Shown here: positions 38,731 to 48,776 of the stretch, one piece after another
How the letters are laid out: each line of letters begins with the position of its first letter
Numbering within the stretch: the first letter of the stretch is position 1
From: Oligoflexia bacterium
GTDB lineage: Bacteria > Bdellovibrionota > UBA1018
Length of the DNA: 64,000 nucleotides
Reading direction: 5' to 3'
Assembly (NCBI GenBank): GCA_963758495.1
Contig: CAVWVI010000001.1
Coordinates: 352,001-416,000, forward strand
Made by a program: the position numbers and the translations under genes
Notes under the pieces: model-generated
Told to the model about the DNA's origin: nothing
The model's input: only the letters and a program-made list of their open reading frames with translations
The model's database searches: none

Positions 38731-39755
38731 TGAAAGTTCTCGTATCTGGAGGAACGGGCTTCTTGGGGAGTCATCTCGTTCGTTTTTTGCAATCCAAAAA
38801 AGTGACCACTGTTTTTCTTGGAAGAAATCATAAAATAGGCCGTTCTTTGGAAGGAGGTTCCGCACGTTTTATTTCTTGTGCTCTCGAGGACAAAAGTACT
38901 TTTCAGAATATTCCTAAAGATTTTACCCACGTCGTTCACTGCGCCGCCTTATCTTCTTCTTGGGGAAAGCGTCAGGACTTTGAAAGAGTGAACGTCATTG
39001 GAACTCGTAACTTTCTAGAGGTTTCGAAACAATTCAAATTAGAGAAATTTGTTCATATTTCTAGTCCAAGTATTTATGTTTCTCCAAAGGATCAACTAGG
39101 AATTCGCGAAGTGGATCCGCTTCCTAAGAGATTGATCAATGACTACGCCAGCTCTAAGAAACTCGCTGAAGATCTTGTAGCTCAAGCTTATCAGATTGAT
39201 GCTCTTCCCGTCCTGACGCTGAGGCCTCAAGGGATTTTTGGCCCCGGAGATCGAGCCATTTTTCCTCGAATCATTCAGGCAGCCGAAAGGGGAAGGCTCC
39301 CGCGCATTGGAGACGGAAAAGCTCTCATTGATTTGACCTATGTAGACAATGTGGTGGATGCGATTTGGCTTTCTTTGAATTCACCCCAATCGGCGGAAGG
39401 CCAGGCGTTCAATATCACCAATGGAGAACCCCAGCCCATCAGTGAGCTTCTTCGCCGCGTCTTAGGATCACTGAATCTTAAATACCGGGAGGTCTACCTC
39501 CCCTTTTGGCTGGCCTACGGTTGGGGTACCCTTGCTGAGTGGAGTTCTCGAAGACTGAATTCATCGCAACATCCATCGCAAAAACTGGCGCAAAAACTGG
39601 CGCAAGAACCGGCCCTCACTCGCTACACAGCCTGTATTTTTGGGAAAAGCCGAGTTTTAGATATTTCTCGAGCATCACGAATTTTAGGTTATCGTCCTCA
39701 AATTTCAATTGATGAGGGCGTTCAGCGATTTGCTAGCTCGTGGAGGAGGTCATGA
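38730..39755 (+). CDS. NAD-dependent epimerase / 3-beta-HSD (OleD-like) SDR
   Basis: GGTGFLG, YASSK; TAATG coupling with the upstream gene. Confidence 0.9.
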   Translation: MKVLVSGGTGFLGSHLVRFLQSKKVTTVFLGRNHKIGRSLEGGSARFISCALEDKSTFQNIPKDFTHVVHCAALSSSWGKRQDFERVNVIGTRNFLEVSKQFKLEKFVHISSPSIYVSPKDQLGIREVDPLPKRLINDYASSKKLAEDLVAQAYQIDALPVLTLRPQGIFGPGDRAIFPRIIQAAERGRLPRIGDGKALIDLTYVDNVVDAIWLSLNSPQSAEGQAFNITNGEPQPISELLRRVLGSLNLKYREVYLPFWLAYGWGTLAEWSSRRLNSSQHPSQKLAQKLAQEPALTRYTACIFGKSRVLDISRASRILGYRPQISIDEGVQRFASSWRRS

Positions 39756-40606
39756 AGATGTTACGAAATCTTTCGCCAAAGCACGGAGTAAAACTCCATT
39801 TGATTGAGGCAGGCTTCACCCGCCATCCGGGTAGGTCCGTATCTTCTCACCTGAGTTTTGCACCGATTCGATTCCCCGCCCATGTAGCACTCATCGAACA
39901 TCCGGTGGAAGGTCTCCATCTCTTTGATACAGGATACAGCGAGCGTTTTAAAGAACTCACCCAGCGCCTCCCCGAAGCGATCTATCGGTGGATCACCCCC
40001 GTATCGATTGACCTCAAGTCCACCGCTGCTGCGAAAATGAAAGCGGTGGGTTTTCAACCTTCAGACGTAAGAAGTGTGATCCTCTCTCATTTTCATGCGG
40101 ATCACATCGGCGGAGCCTTTGATTTTAAACAAGCACGGTTTGTTTGTGACCTTCCGGCCCTCAAAGCACTGAATCAATTTGGGCCTTGGGAGCAGCTTCG
40201 GCATGGATACATCCGCTCTTTCCTTCCTCCCACCCTAGAATCTCAAGCCACCGACTTCCGTAGCTTGAAACAGGTCCCACCCCCTTTCGATGGACTGGGC
40301 GAAGGTTTTGATCTTTTTGGTGATCAGACAGTCATTCTGATTCCATTGCCAGGACATGCCTACGGCCACCTGGGATTACTGGTGCATACGCAGGAAGGAC
40401 GATGGAAATTTTTAATTTCTGATGCAGCCTGGACGCATGAAAATTATCGTGAAAAGCACACGCCATCTAGAATAGCTCAAATTTTATTTCTAGATCGTGT
40501 TGAATATATAAAAACGATCAACGCGCTACACCAGATTTTCAAGAGCCAAGACAATCTGGATATTATTCCATGCCATTGCGAAAGGCCTCATGAAGTCGCT
40601 CATTAA
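39752..40606 (+). CDS. MBL-fold metallo-hydrolase
   Basis: FDTGY, SHFHADHIGG, LPGHA.GH, PCH. Confidence 0.9.
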   Translation: MKMLRNLSPKHGVKLHLIEAGFTRHPGRSVSSHLSFAPIRFPAHVALIEHPVEGLHLFDTGYSERFKELTQRLPEAIYRWITPVSIDLKSTAAAKMKAVGFQPSDVRSVILSHFHADHIGGAFDFKQARFVCDLPALKALNQFGPWEQLRHGYIRSFLPPTLESQATDFRSLKQVPPPFDGLGEGFDLFGDQTVILIPLPGHAYGHLGLLVHTQEGRWKFLISDAAWTHENYREKHTPSRIAQILFLDRVEYIKTINALHQIFKSQDNLDIIPCHCERPHEVAH

Positions 40607-42050
40607 GCTCCTTACGTTTCTTTTTTTCTATATCAAGCAAAAATACTTTTTAAAATTCTCCACTCGAAAACAACTGGAGCGCTTTCAGGAAAAAAGAATA
40701 CGCAAGTTCATCCCCTGGGTTTACCAAAACTCATCGTATTATCGAAAGAGATTAGACGAAAGAGGAGGGCCAAAAAATTTCCAGAATTGGAAGAACTGGC
40801 AGAATTGGAAATCGCTTCCAACGGTGAATAAAAAAGATTTCATGAGACATTTTGACGAATGGAATACGGAGAAAGTTTCCCTAAAGGAAGCTGAAAGAGT
40901 TGCATTTGAAGCTGAGCGGTGTCGCGACTTCTCTCCTACTGTAGGAGGGTTGAGCGTTGGCCTGTCTTCTGGAACCAGTGGGCATCGAGGGCTCTTCTTA
41001 GTTTCGCCATCCGAACAAATTCGGTATGCAGCAACCCTTTTGGCCAAAGCTTTACCTCGGGGTCTTCTCTCAAGAGAACGAATCGCTTTGTTCTTGCGAG
41101 CCAATAACAATCTTTATCAAGAAGTCGGTGGATGGCGTATTCAGTTCCGATTTTTTGACTTAGTTCGCCCATTAGATGATTTACTGGCCGATCTTGAAGA
41201 ATTTTCTCCCTCCATTCTCTTTGCCCCACCCTCCGTATTGCGGAGATTGGCCCTTTTTCAAAAAGCGGGACAAATTCATTTAAATCCTCGAAGAATTTTT
41301 TCAGCTGCGGAAGTTTTGGACCCCATCGATGAAGAGCTGGTTCGGGAAGTATTTCAAACTTTAGTGCACCAAATTTATCAAGCGACAGAAGGTTTCTTAG
41401 GAATAACCTGTAACCAAGGAACACTCCATTTGAATGAAGATCTCATATCTATCGAAAAAGAATGGATTGAAGAAAGGAAATTTATTCCGATCATCACAGA
41501 CTTTAATCGAAGAACCCAGCCCATGATCCGATACCGACTCGACGATATTTTGGTAGAGAGCGAAAAGCCCTGTTCGTGTGGATCTCCTTTGACGGCCCTA
41601 GAGAGAATCGAAGGACGAATGGATGATTGCTTCACTTTCAAAAATAAGAATGGTGAAAAACTTGAAGTACTCCCTGATTTTATCCGTCGATGCATTCTGT
41701 TGGTTCAGGATGAAGTTGAAGACTATTGTGTCGTACAAACTGCTGAGGGCCGAATTCGTATTTCAGTTCGACCCCGAATCGAATCGAACCCTTTAAAACT
41801 CCAAGAATCCATTCAAAAGGAGTTCACAATCTTAAGCATGACCCTGAATTTTGTTCTACCCGAGCTGGAATTTACAAACGAGTTTACTCAATTCTCTCAG
41901 ACTCACCCTCAAACTCACCCTCAAACTCACCCTCAAACTCACCCTCAAACTCAAAAGAAGAGAAGGGTTTATCGAGAAAACAATACTTTCGGTTCTCATT
42001 CCAGTTCTGATTCCGTTTCTGGCTCCACAATCAGGCCATCTACAAGTTGA
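40590..42050 (+). CDS. F390-synthetase-related adenylate-forming enzyme
   Basis: VGLSSGTSGHRGLF, ALFLRANNNLY, QIYQATEGFL, RYRLDD, IEGR.DD. Confidence 0.9.
   Translation: MKSLIKLLTFLFFYIKQKYFLKFSTRKQLERFQEKRIRKFIPWVYQNSSYYRKRLDERGGPKNFQNWKNWQNWKSLPTVNKKDFMRHFDEWNTEKVSLKEAERVAFEAERCRDFSPTVGGLSVGLSSGTSGHRGLFLVSPSEQIRYAATLLAKALPRGLLSRERIALFLRANNNLYQEVGGWRIQFRFFDLVRPLDDLLADLEEFSPSILFAPPSVLRRLALFQKAGQIHLNPRRIFSAAEVLDPIDEELVREVFQTLVHQIYQATEGFLGITCNQGTLHLNEDLISIEKEWIEERKFIPIITDFNRRTQPMIRYRLDDILVESEKPCSCGSPLTALERIEGRMDDCFTFKNKNGEKLEVLPDFIRRCILLVQDEVEDYCVVQTAEGRIRISVRPRIESNPLKLQESIQKEFTILSMTLNFVLPELEFTNEFTQFSQTHPQTHPQTHPQTHPQTQKKRRVYRENNTFGSHSSSDSVSGSTIRPSTS
41901..41953 (+). repeat. 12-bp tandem repeat ACTCACCCTCAA x4.4 (QTHP repeats)
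   Basis: Read directly from the sequence. Confidence 0.97.
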
Positions 42051-42685
42051 ATCAGCGTTCCAATACGAAATACGAGACGAGAATCATGAGTCGAAAACAA
42101 AAAAGTAGTTCCAAACTTCAGATTCAACTCAGAAAAAACATCAATCAGAATATTGGCATTCTTAGAATCCAGATTGGCAGTGGGTTCATCCGCTAAAATC
42201 ACAGCCGGCCTTGAAGCTACTGCTCGAGCAACAGCAACGCGCTGCTGTTGTCCCCCACTCAACTGATTTGGAAAACGACTCGCCAACTCCGCGAGGCCCA
42301 CTGCTTGAAGTGCAGATATGGCCTGTTCTTGGCACTTCTTCCGAGGCTGGCGATCCATCTGCAAAACATACTCGACATTCTCGATCACGGTGAGCGAAGG
42401 GAAGAGATTGAAATTTTGAAAAACAAAGCCAATCCTTTTTCTTCGAAATCGTGCTTTTTCAATGCGATTCAGCGAGGCTAAATCAACCCCCTCAATGTGC
42501 ACCGAACCCGCCGTTGGGCTATCCAACCCTGCTGCTAAATGAAGTAGGGTCGACTTTCCACTCCCAGAAGGCCCAACCACCCCAGCAAACGCGCCCATGG
42601 GAAGACTCAAGGTCACACCCCTGAGAGCCTGAACATGAGTAGATCCAGAATATATTTTTTCAACCTGCCTGAACTCCAAAACCAT
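41996..42685 (-). CDS. ABC transporter ATP-binding protein (LolD/MacB-type)
   Basis: GPSGSGKS, LSGGQQQR, LADEPTANLD; domain starts at MVLEFRQVEK (ATG 42685). Confidence 0.93.
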   Translation of the reverse strand: MVLEFRQVEKIYSGSTHVQALRGVTLSLPMGAFAGVVGPSGSGKSTLLHLAAGLDSPTAGSVHIEGVDLASLNRIEKARFRRKRIGFVFQNFNLFPSLTVIENVEYVLQMDRQPRKKCQEQAISALQAVGLAELASRFPNQLSGGQQQRVAVARAVASRPAVILADEPTANLDSKNANILIDVFSELNLKFGTTFLFSTHDSRLVFRIGTLIQLVDGLIVEPETESELE

Positions 42686-42701
42686 GCTAACGTTATGCCC
42701 T

Positions 42702-43934
42702 ATGATTCTTGTTTTTAAAATGGCTCTGAGAAATTTAAGAGGGGCTCTGCGGAAATCCATCATTACCGTCACCCTGGCTTCTCTCAGTATTGCCGTGATT
42801 CTCTGGGTTCAATGTATCCTCAGAGGACAAAATGCCTCAGTCATAGAAACGGTTACCTCGACTTTCGTGGGAAAGATGCAAGTCTTCCATCCCCAATACA
42901 ATCAAGATCATCTTCTTCGATTCACCCTACCTGAAGCTCTACCCGACCCCCTTCTTCATTTACCCAAGGACGTTTCAGTCACTCGCAGAGTCTATGTTCC
43001 CGCTTTGGTCTCAAGCGGTGAGCAGTCCCTTCCGATTCAGCTCGTAGGGATTGATCCTGAAGCCGAATCCAAGGTCACAGAAATTAAAAAATATTTAAAA
43101 ACTGGAAACTTCCTCACTGCAGGGGCCAAGGATTGTCAGGAGAAACAAGCTCTCATAGGGACTCCCGCTGCCCAAATGTTAGGAGTGGGTCTCGGCGACA
43201 AAGTGGTCATCTTGGCTCAAGCAGCAGATGGAACACTCGGAAATGATCTCTTGCGCGTGAAAGGGATCTTCGATTCTGAATCCAGGGATTTTGATAAGTC
43301 ATTGGTTTACACAACGCTCGATTGCGCTCAAAGAATTGCGGCAGTTCAAGGTGTGCATGAATACACTCTCCGTATTCCCCACGAAGATGACGTTCCGGTT
43401 CTTAGGCATTCCATTCAAACTGCATTGGGATCTCAATATCAGGTGCAAACATGGAAAGAGACTCTCCCTCGCGTGGGGGCTTTGGTTCAATACAACGATG
43501 CAATGGTTATCTTAATTGGTGGAATGCTCTATGTCGTGATTGCACTAGGAATGGTTAATGCCTTACTCATCCATGTTTTCGAGCGTACTCAAGAATTTGG
43601 CGTTATGACCGCCTTGGGAACTCCTCCCCCACGGGTGGTAGCCATGATCTTGGTTGAATCTGGCCTTCTGGGATTCATTTCCATTGTAATAGGGACGACC
43701 CTTGGGTTGGCCTGGGTTGCTTATCACACTTGGAAGGGCTTTGATCTCACTCCGTTCATCGGAAAAAACATGGAAGTGGGATCCTTTAAAATGGTTCCTC
43801 TCATCTACCCCGAATTTCGCTGGATCCCTTTTCTAGAAGCTATTTTTTCTACATTCTTAGTAGTCTGTTTAGCTGCGGTTTATCCTGCAATTCGGGCTGC
43901 CCGAATGAACCCCATTGAGGCAATTCGCGGATAG
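42702..43934 (+). CDS. ABC transporter permease (LolE/FtsX/MacB family)
   Basis: MALRNL, ERT.EFG...ALG, YPAIRAARMNPIEAIR; start is 42702 or 42684. Confidence 0.92.
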   Translation: MILVFKMALRNLRGALRKSIITVTLASLSIAVILWVQCILRGQNASVIETVTSTFVGKMQVFHPQYNQDHLLRFTLPEALPDPLLHLPKDVSVTRRVYVPALVSSGEQSLPIQLVGIDPEAESKVTEIKKYLKTGNFLTAGAKDCQEKQALIGTPAAQMLGVGLGDKVVILAQAADGTLGNDLLRVKGIFDSESRDFDKSLVYTTLDCAQRIAAVQGVHEYTLRIPHEDDVPVLRHSIQTALGSQYQVQTWKETLPRVGALVQYNDAMVILIGGMLYVVIALGMVNALLIHVFERTQEFGVMTALGTPPPRVVAMILVESGLLGFISIVIGTTLGLAWVAYHTWKGFDLTPFIGKNMEVGSFKMVPLIYPEFRWIPFLEAIFSTFLVVCLAAVYPAIRAARMNPIEAIRG

Positions 43935-43961
43935 CCGACTCCGGTATCAGGCACCCTCCCG

Positions 43962-44023
43962 TTGAACTGCCGATTGCATGAAATACATAGACTACCATCA
44001 TAGCAGGTTGCTTCTTTATTTCA
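43962..44023 (+). repeat. 62-bp direct repeat, copy 2
   Basis: 57/62 identical to 30996..31057. Confidence 0.95.
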
Positions 44024-44053
44024 GCTTTAAAGAAATAGTAAAATCATTAAAAG

Positions 44054-45052
44054 CTAATCCAGCAAGGACAGAAGAGTTTCACCCTCATCCATTGTCACAA
44101 AAGACTCTTCCGAAAGCCCCGCCTTGGTTAAGGCTACCTTCAAATCTTGAGGCGGTTGATCAATAGCTTCCGCCGAAAGTTGAAAAGTCCCGAAGTGCAT
44201 TCCGATGCTCAGTTTTGATTTCAAATCGAGGTGAGCCTGAACCGCCTCGGCTGGATTCATGTGTACGGGCTTCATAAACCAGTTCGGCTCATAAGCGCCG
44301 ATCCCAAGTAGAGCTATATCAGGCGCTCCCAGCTTTTCATGGATCGTTTTATAATGAGTGGAATAACCCGCATCGCCACCGAAATAGATCCTTCTCCCAT
44401 GACTCTGGATCATGTAACTTCCCCAAAGACTTTTATTGCGATCAAAAGGACTACGAGAAGAGAAGTGCTGAGTCGGCGCGAAGGTGACTTTCACTCCTGA
44501 ACCTACTCCTGAACCTACTCCTGAACCTACTTCTGCACTTTCCCACCAATCAAACTCACGCACATCTTTAAAACCTAAGGACATCACTAATTCTCTATCA
44601 CCTGCGGAGACGAATAGTTTGGGCGAAAACTTTGTATTGAGTTTCTTGAGGGTGTTGACATCCAGATGATCATAGTGATTATGACTGACGAGAATCAGAT
44701 CGATTTTTGGAAGATCCTCAAATGCGATCCCCGGCTTTCTCACGCGAGAGGGACCGATCCAACTGAAAGGACTGACACGCTTTGACCAGACAGGATCCGT
44801 TAGAATATTGAGCCCAGAAAGCTGAATCAAGAAGGTCGCGTGATTCACAAACGTAACTGCAATACCATTGGAACCGAGAGCTTCGTTGAGTTTTGAAATG
44901 CCTTTGTTCTCGACTTGCTCAGGCCACTTGGAACGTTTTGTTTTAATCAACATTTTCATCGCTTGAAAGAAGCTTCTTTCCCTCTTCGGAAGAGTGGGAT
45001 TGAAAAACACTTCTCCATTAGAGTGATCAGAAACAGATCGAGTATTTGCCAT
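44054..45052 (-). CDS. MBL-fold hydrolase, NAPE-PLD/RomA-like
   Basis: LTDPVWS.R.SP, SHNHYDHLD, GDAGY, MHFGTF; ATG at 45052 after GAGGTG. Confidence 0.9.
   Translation of the reverse strand: MANTRSVSDHSNGEVFFNPTLPKRERSFFQAMKMLIKTKRSKWPEQVENKGISKLNEALGSNGIAVTFVNHATFLIQLSGLNILTDPVWSKRVSPFSWIGPSRVRKPGIAFEDLPKIDLILVSHNHYDHLDVNTLKKLNTKFSPKLFVSAGDRELVMSLGFKDVREFDWWESAEVGSGVGSGVGSGVKVTFAPTQHFSSRSPFDRNKSLWGSYMIQSHGRRIYFGGDAGYSTHYKTIHEKLGAPDIALLGIGAYEPNWFMKPVHMNPAEAVQAHLDLKSKLSIGMHFGTFQLSAEAIDQPPQDLKVALTKAGLSEESFVTMDEGETLLSLLD
44493..44531 (+). repeat. 12-bp tandem repeat ACTCCTGAACCT x3 (VGSG repeats)
   Basis: Read directly from the sequence. Confidence 0.97.
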
Positions 45053-45205
45053 ATCACACCTCTTTTTGCATCGATTTTGATAATACCGCTCGTTACAGAT
45101 GCACAACTGAACGACTCCCGGTATGCCATTCATCAAATCTATTGAATTTAAGATACCATAGACAAGACGTTGCATCAAAAACGTCAATCGAATATCATAA
45201 GGGAC

Positions 45206-46162
45206 ATGGTTACCCTCACTCAACTTGAATACGCGCTCTCAGTTGAAATGCATCGGCATTTTGGGAAGGCTGCGAAGATGTGTGGCGTGACACAACCGAC
45301 ACTTTCTCAGCAACTTCAGAAACTAGAAGATGATATTGGAATGATTCTCTTTGACCGTCTCAAGAAGCCCATCTTACCTACGCAAGAAGGTGTACGATTC
45401 CTAGAGCAAGCTCGTACTGTCATGAGGGAGCACCAGAAGCTTCTCCATGTCTCAAAGCAAGTTCAAGCGGGCGAGGTCACAGGCGACTTTCGGCTTGCGG
45501 TCATCCCCACTATTTCCAACCATCTTTTGCCACGCTTTCTGAAACCCTTCTCAAAAGCATTTCCTCGCGTTGAGCTCTATATCGAAGAAATGAAAACCGA
45601 ATCCGTCTTACATGACCTCCAAAATGATAAGCTGGATGGAGCGATACTTGCTACCCCAATCGAAGGCGTGGATTTCAAGGTCCATCCGCTCTATTACGAG
45701 CCCTTTTTTGTCTATATGTCACCCAATCATTCTCTTCTGAAGAAATCGCATCTTTCAAGAGAGGATCTCGATGCTTCCCAAATGTGGCTTCTTCAAGATG
45801 GACACTGTTTTAAAAACCAGATTTTAAATTTCTGCTCTCTTCCACAGGATTTTGAAGCTACCTTTACTAATATCCATTTTCAAAGTGGAAGTCTCGACAC
45901 ATTGCGCCGCCTCGTTCAGGCTAATCGAGGGCATACGCTGCTTCCTGCAATGATGGCTCTTTCACTCGACAAAAAGGAGTTTACAGCCCAAGTGCGTCCA
46001 TTCAAGGCTCCGGTTCCAGTACGCGAAATCAGTTTCATATATAGACGCGACCACTGGAAGCTCGAAATTATCAAAGCCATCGAGGAAGCTGTCATCAACT
46101 CGGTGCCTGCCGCAATTCGTCAACGCCCCGAGCGGAACCAAGTTGTACTTGAAATATGTTAA
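45206..46162 (+). CDS. oxyR: OxyR hydrogen-peroxide-sensing LysR regulator
   Basis: LysR HTH (HF.KAA..C.VTQPTLS.Q) and redox Cys pair LQDGHCFKNQILNFC. Confidence 0.88.
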   Translation: MVTLTQLEYALSVEMHRHFGKAAKMCGVTQPTLSQQLQKLEDDIGMILFDRLKKPILPTQEGVRFLEQARTVMREHQKLLHVSKQVQAGEVTGDFRLAVIPTISNHLLPRFLKPFSKAFPRVELYIEEMKTESVLHDLQNDKLDGAILATPIEGVDFKVHPLYYEPFFVYMSPNHSLLKKSHLSREDLDASQMWLLQDGHCFKNQILNFCSLPQDFEATFTNIHFQSGSLDTLRRLVQANRGHTLLPAMMALSLDKKEFTAQVRPFKAPVPVREISFIYRRDHWKLEIIKAIEEAVINSVPAAIRQRPERNQVVLEIC

Positions 46163-46225
46163 ATTATTTTGGGTAATTTACATTATCTTTTACCCAGACT
46201 TTTATGGTAATTGATTTTCGATTTT

Positions 46226-47506
46226 ATGTTAAACTTACCGGAAGATCGATTAGAAGAACATTTTGACGACTTTAAAGTAGGCTTATCTGAAGTTGATGCA
46301 GTGATCGAAGCCAATCGCTGCATCAATTGCTTTGATGCTCCCTGCATCCGAGCTTGCCCAACTCAAATTAATATTCCCCGTTTTATTTCCAGAATTGCTC
46401 ATGATAACATCGCAGGTGCCGCTAAAACTATTTTAGATTCTAATATTTTAGGGCTTTCATGTGCGCGTTCTTGCCCAACTGAAGTCCTTTGTGAAGGTGC
46501 ATGCGTCTATCACAATTTAGATAAAAAACCGATTGCTATTGGAAAACTTCAGCGTTTTGCAACTGAAACTATTTATAAAAAAGGAACTTCATTTTATCAA
46601 CCGGGAAAACCGACAGGGAAGAAAGTTGCTCTCGTAGGTGGAGGACCCGCCTCTCTGGCTTGTGCGCATGAACTCAGAAAGCAAGGCCACGAAGCGATTC
46701 TTTTTGAAAAATCTCAAATTCCCGGAGGACTTAACACACAGGGAATTGCTCCCTACAAGATGAAGTCTCAAACCAGCCTGCGTGAGATCGAAGAAATCAT
46801 TCGAATGGGAGTTCAATTTGAATATGGAAGAGAATTAGGACGAAACCTAAATCTCGAAGATCTTGTACGAGATTATGATGCTGTTTTTTTAGGTTTGGGT
46901 TTGGGTTCGGATAGCCGCTTAGATATTCCTGGGCATGAACTTTCGCACGTGCACGGTGCTGTCGATTTTATTTCACAAATTAAAATTTCTCCGTCTCAAA
47001 AACTCGCTGCTACTTTAAAAGAAACACAAACAGCCATCATCATAGGCGGTGGAAATACCGCACTGGACGCGTGTCGTGAGCTCAAAGGACTTGGGATTCC
47101 AGAAGTTCTAGTCAGCTACCGCCGCGGAGAAAAAGACATGTCTGGGTACACCCATGAGTTCAAATGGGCACGCCAAGAAGGCGTAAAATTCTATTTTCAT
47201 ACTTTACCTATTGAAATTAATAATAAACAAATAATACTTAAAAATAACCTTAAAACGATCACCCTAGACTGCCAACTGGTTTTAATGGCCACAGGCCAAT
47301 CCAAATTGACTTCACTCCTTCAAGGCATAAATGGTTTTATCATTGAAAAAGGAAGATTAGGGGTCGACCCAAAAACCGGTCGTACAGGCCATCCTAAAAT
47401 TTACGCAGGCGGAGATCTCGTAAACGGAGGCAAAGAAGTTGTAAACGCCGTTGCTGAAGGTAAACTTGCTGCTCTCGCTATTCACGAGGAACTCACGCAT
47501 GGCTGA
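46226..47506 (+). CDS. preT: Dihydropyrimidine dehydrogenase subunit PreT (GltD-like)
   Basis: RC..CFDAPC..ACP Fe-S motif, GGGPA, GGGNTA.D; coupled to preA. Confidence 0.85.
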   Translation: MLNLPEDRLEEHFDDFKVGLSEVDAVIEANRCINCFDAPCIRACPTQINIPRFISRIAHDNIAGAAKTILDSNILGLSCARSCPTEVLCEGACVYHNLDKKPIAIGKLQRFATETIYKKGTSFYQPGKPTGKKVALVGGGPASLACAHELRKQGHEAILFEKSQIPGGLNTQGIAPYKMKSQTSLREIEEIIRMGVQFEYGRELGRNLNLEDLVRDYDAVFLGLGLGSDSRLDIPGHELSHVHGAVDFISQIKISPSQKLAATLKETQTAIIIGGGNTALDACRELKGLGIPEVLVSYRRGEKDMSGYTHEFKWARQEGVKFYFHTLPIEINNKQIILKNNLKTITLDCQLVLMATGQSKLTSLLQGINGFIIEKGRLGVDPKTGRTGHPKIYAGGDLVNGGKEVVNAVAEGKLAALAIHEELTHG

Positions 47507-48764
47507 TTTAACTTCAACATTTCTCGGAGTAAAATCTCCTAACCCATTTTGGCTTGCATCCGCCCCCCCAACCAATACGGGTGGCCAGATTATGCGTGCT
47601 TTTGACGCTGGATGGGGCGGAGCCGTTTGGAAAACCCTTGGAGTACCCATCGAAAATGTGACTTCTCGTTTTGCAGCGTTAGATTATGCGGGCAAAAAAG
47701 TCATGGGATTCAGTAATATTGAACTGATCACGGATCGATCGATTGAAATCAATTTGAAAGAAATGGCTGAAGTCAAAAAACGCTACCCTCAACACGCGCT
47801 GATAGCCTCTCTGATGGTTGAAACCCGCGAAGAATGGAAAACCCTCATTCGTCAAGTTGAGGATGTTGGATCTGACGCCATTGAACTGAACTTTGGATGT
47901 CCACACGGAATGTGTGAACGAGGAATGGGGTCAGCCGTCGGCCAAGAACCTCAGGTTTTAGAAAAAATTACGGGATGGGCAAAAGAATTTGCTAAAATTC
48001 CAGTGATCGTGAAACTCACTCCGAATATCACTGATATTACTGTGCCAGCCGAAGCTGCTTATCGGGCGGGTGCTGACGCAGTCTCGCTGATTAATACAAT
48101 CAAAAGCGTGGTGGGAGTGGATCTCCATACTTTTATTCCTTACCCCCAAGTCGGGGATAAAAGCACAAATGGCGGATACTGTGGCCCAGCTGTAAAACCC
48201 ATTGCTCTCAATATGGTAGGACAAATTGCCCGAAAAAAAGGAACTTCACTTCCGATTTCAGGCATCGGTGGGATTTCGAACTGGAAAGATGCCGCCGAAT
48301 TTATGGCCATGGGAGCAAGCAACGTCCAAGTATGCACCGCTGTGATGCACTATGGTTATCGAATTGTGGAAGATATGATCCAAGGGCTATCCGATTATCT
48401 CGACACTCATCAAATGAAAAGCCCTTCAGAACTGGTAGGCCGTGCGGTACCCCACTTCTCTGACTGGGGAGCCTTGGATAAAAAATTCTCCCTTGTAGCT
48501 GAGATTCATCCTGATCATTGCATTGGGTGTAACCTCTGTGTGGTAGCCTGTGATGACGGTGGACATCAATGCATCCAAAAGAACTCAAACTTCCGCGCAG
48601 ACGGAGTGACTCGTCAAGCTCCTCAAGTCGATGAAACCGAATGTGTGGGATGCAATCTATGCATGCTAGTCTGTCCTTCCCCTGGTGCCATTACTATGAA
48701 GGAAATTCCTTTCGAAAACCATTACCATAGCCGTGCTTACTCCAAACGTTCACTTTCCCATTAA
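47499..48764 (+). CDS. preA: Dihydropyrimidine dehydrogenase subunit PreA
   Basis: SPNPFWLASAPPT, ELNFGCPHGM.ERGMG, two C-terminal 4Fe-4S motifs. Confidence 0.95.
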   Translation: MADLTSTFLGVKSPNPFWLASAPPTNTGGQIMRAFDAGWGGAVWKTLGVPIENVTSRFAALDYAGKKVMGFSNIELITDRSIEINLKEMAEVKKRYPQHALIASLMVETREEWKTLIRQVEDVGSDAIELNFGCPHGMCERGMGSAVGQEPQVLEKITGWAKEFAKIPVIVKLTPNITDITVPAEAAYRAGADAVSLINTIKSVVGVDLHTFIPYPQVGDKSTNGGYCGPAVKPIALNMVGQIARKKGTSLPISGIGGISNWKDAAEFMAMGASNVQVCTAVMHYGYRIVEDMIQGLSDYLDTHQMKSPSELVGRAVPHFSDWGALDKKFSLVAEIHPDHCIGCNLCVVACDDGGHQCIQKNSNFRADGVTRQAPQVDETECVGCNLCMLVCPSPGAITMKEIPFENHYHSRAYSKRSLSH

Positions 48765-48776
48765 GCAGTAAGCCGC

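Noticed and set aside
44054..45223. Long N-terminal extensions in the ORF track (44054..45223, 45170, 29127, 47451, 59766, 59993, 42772)
   Set aside because: They overlap neighbouring genes; downstream ATGs with RBS or domain starts fit better.
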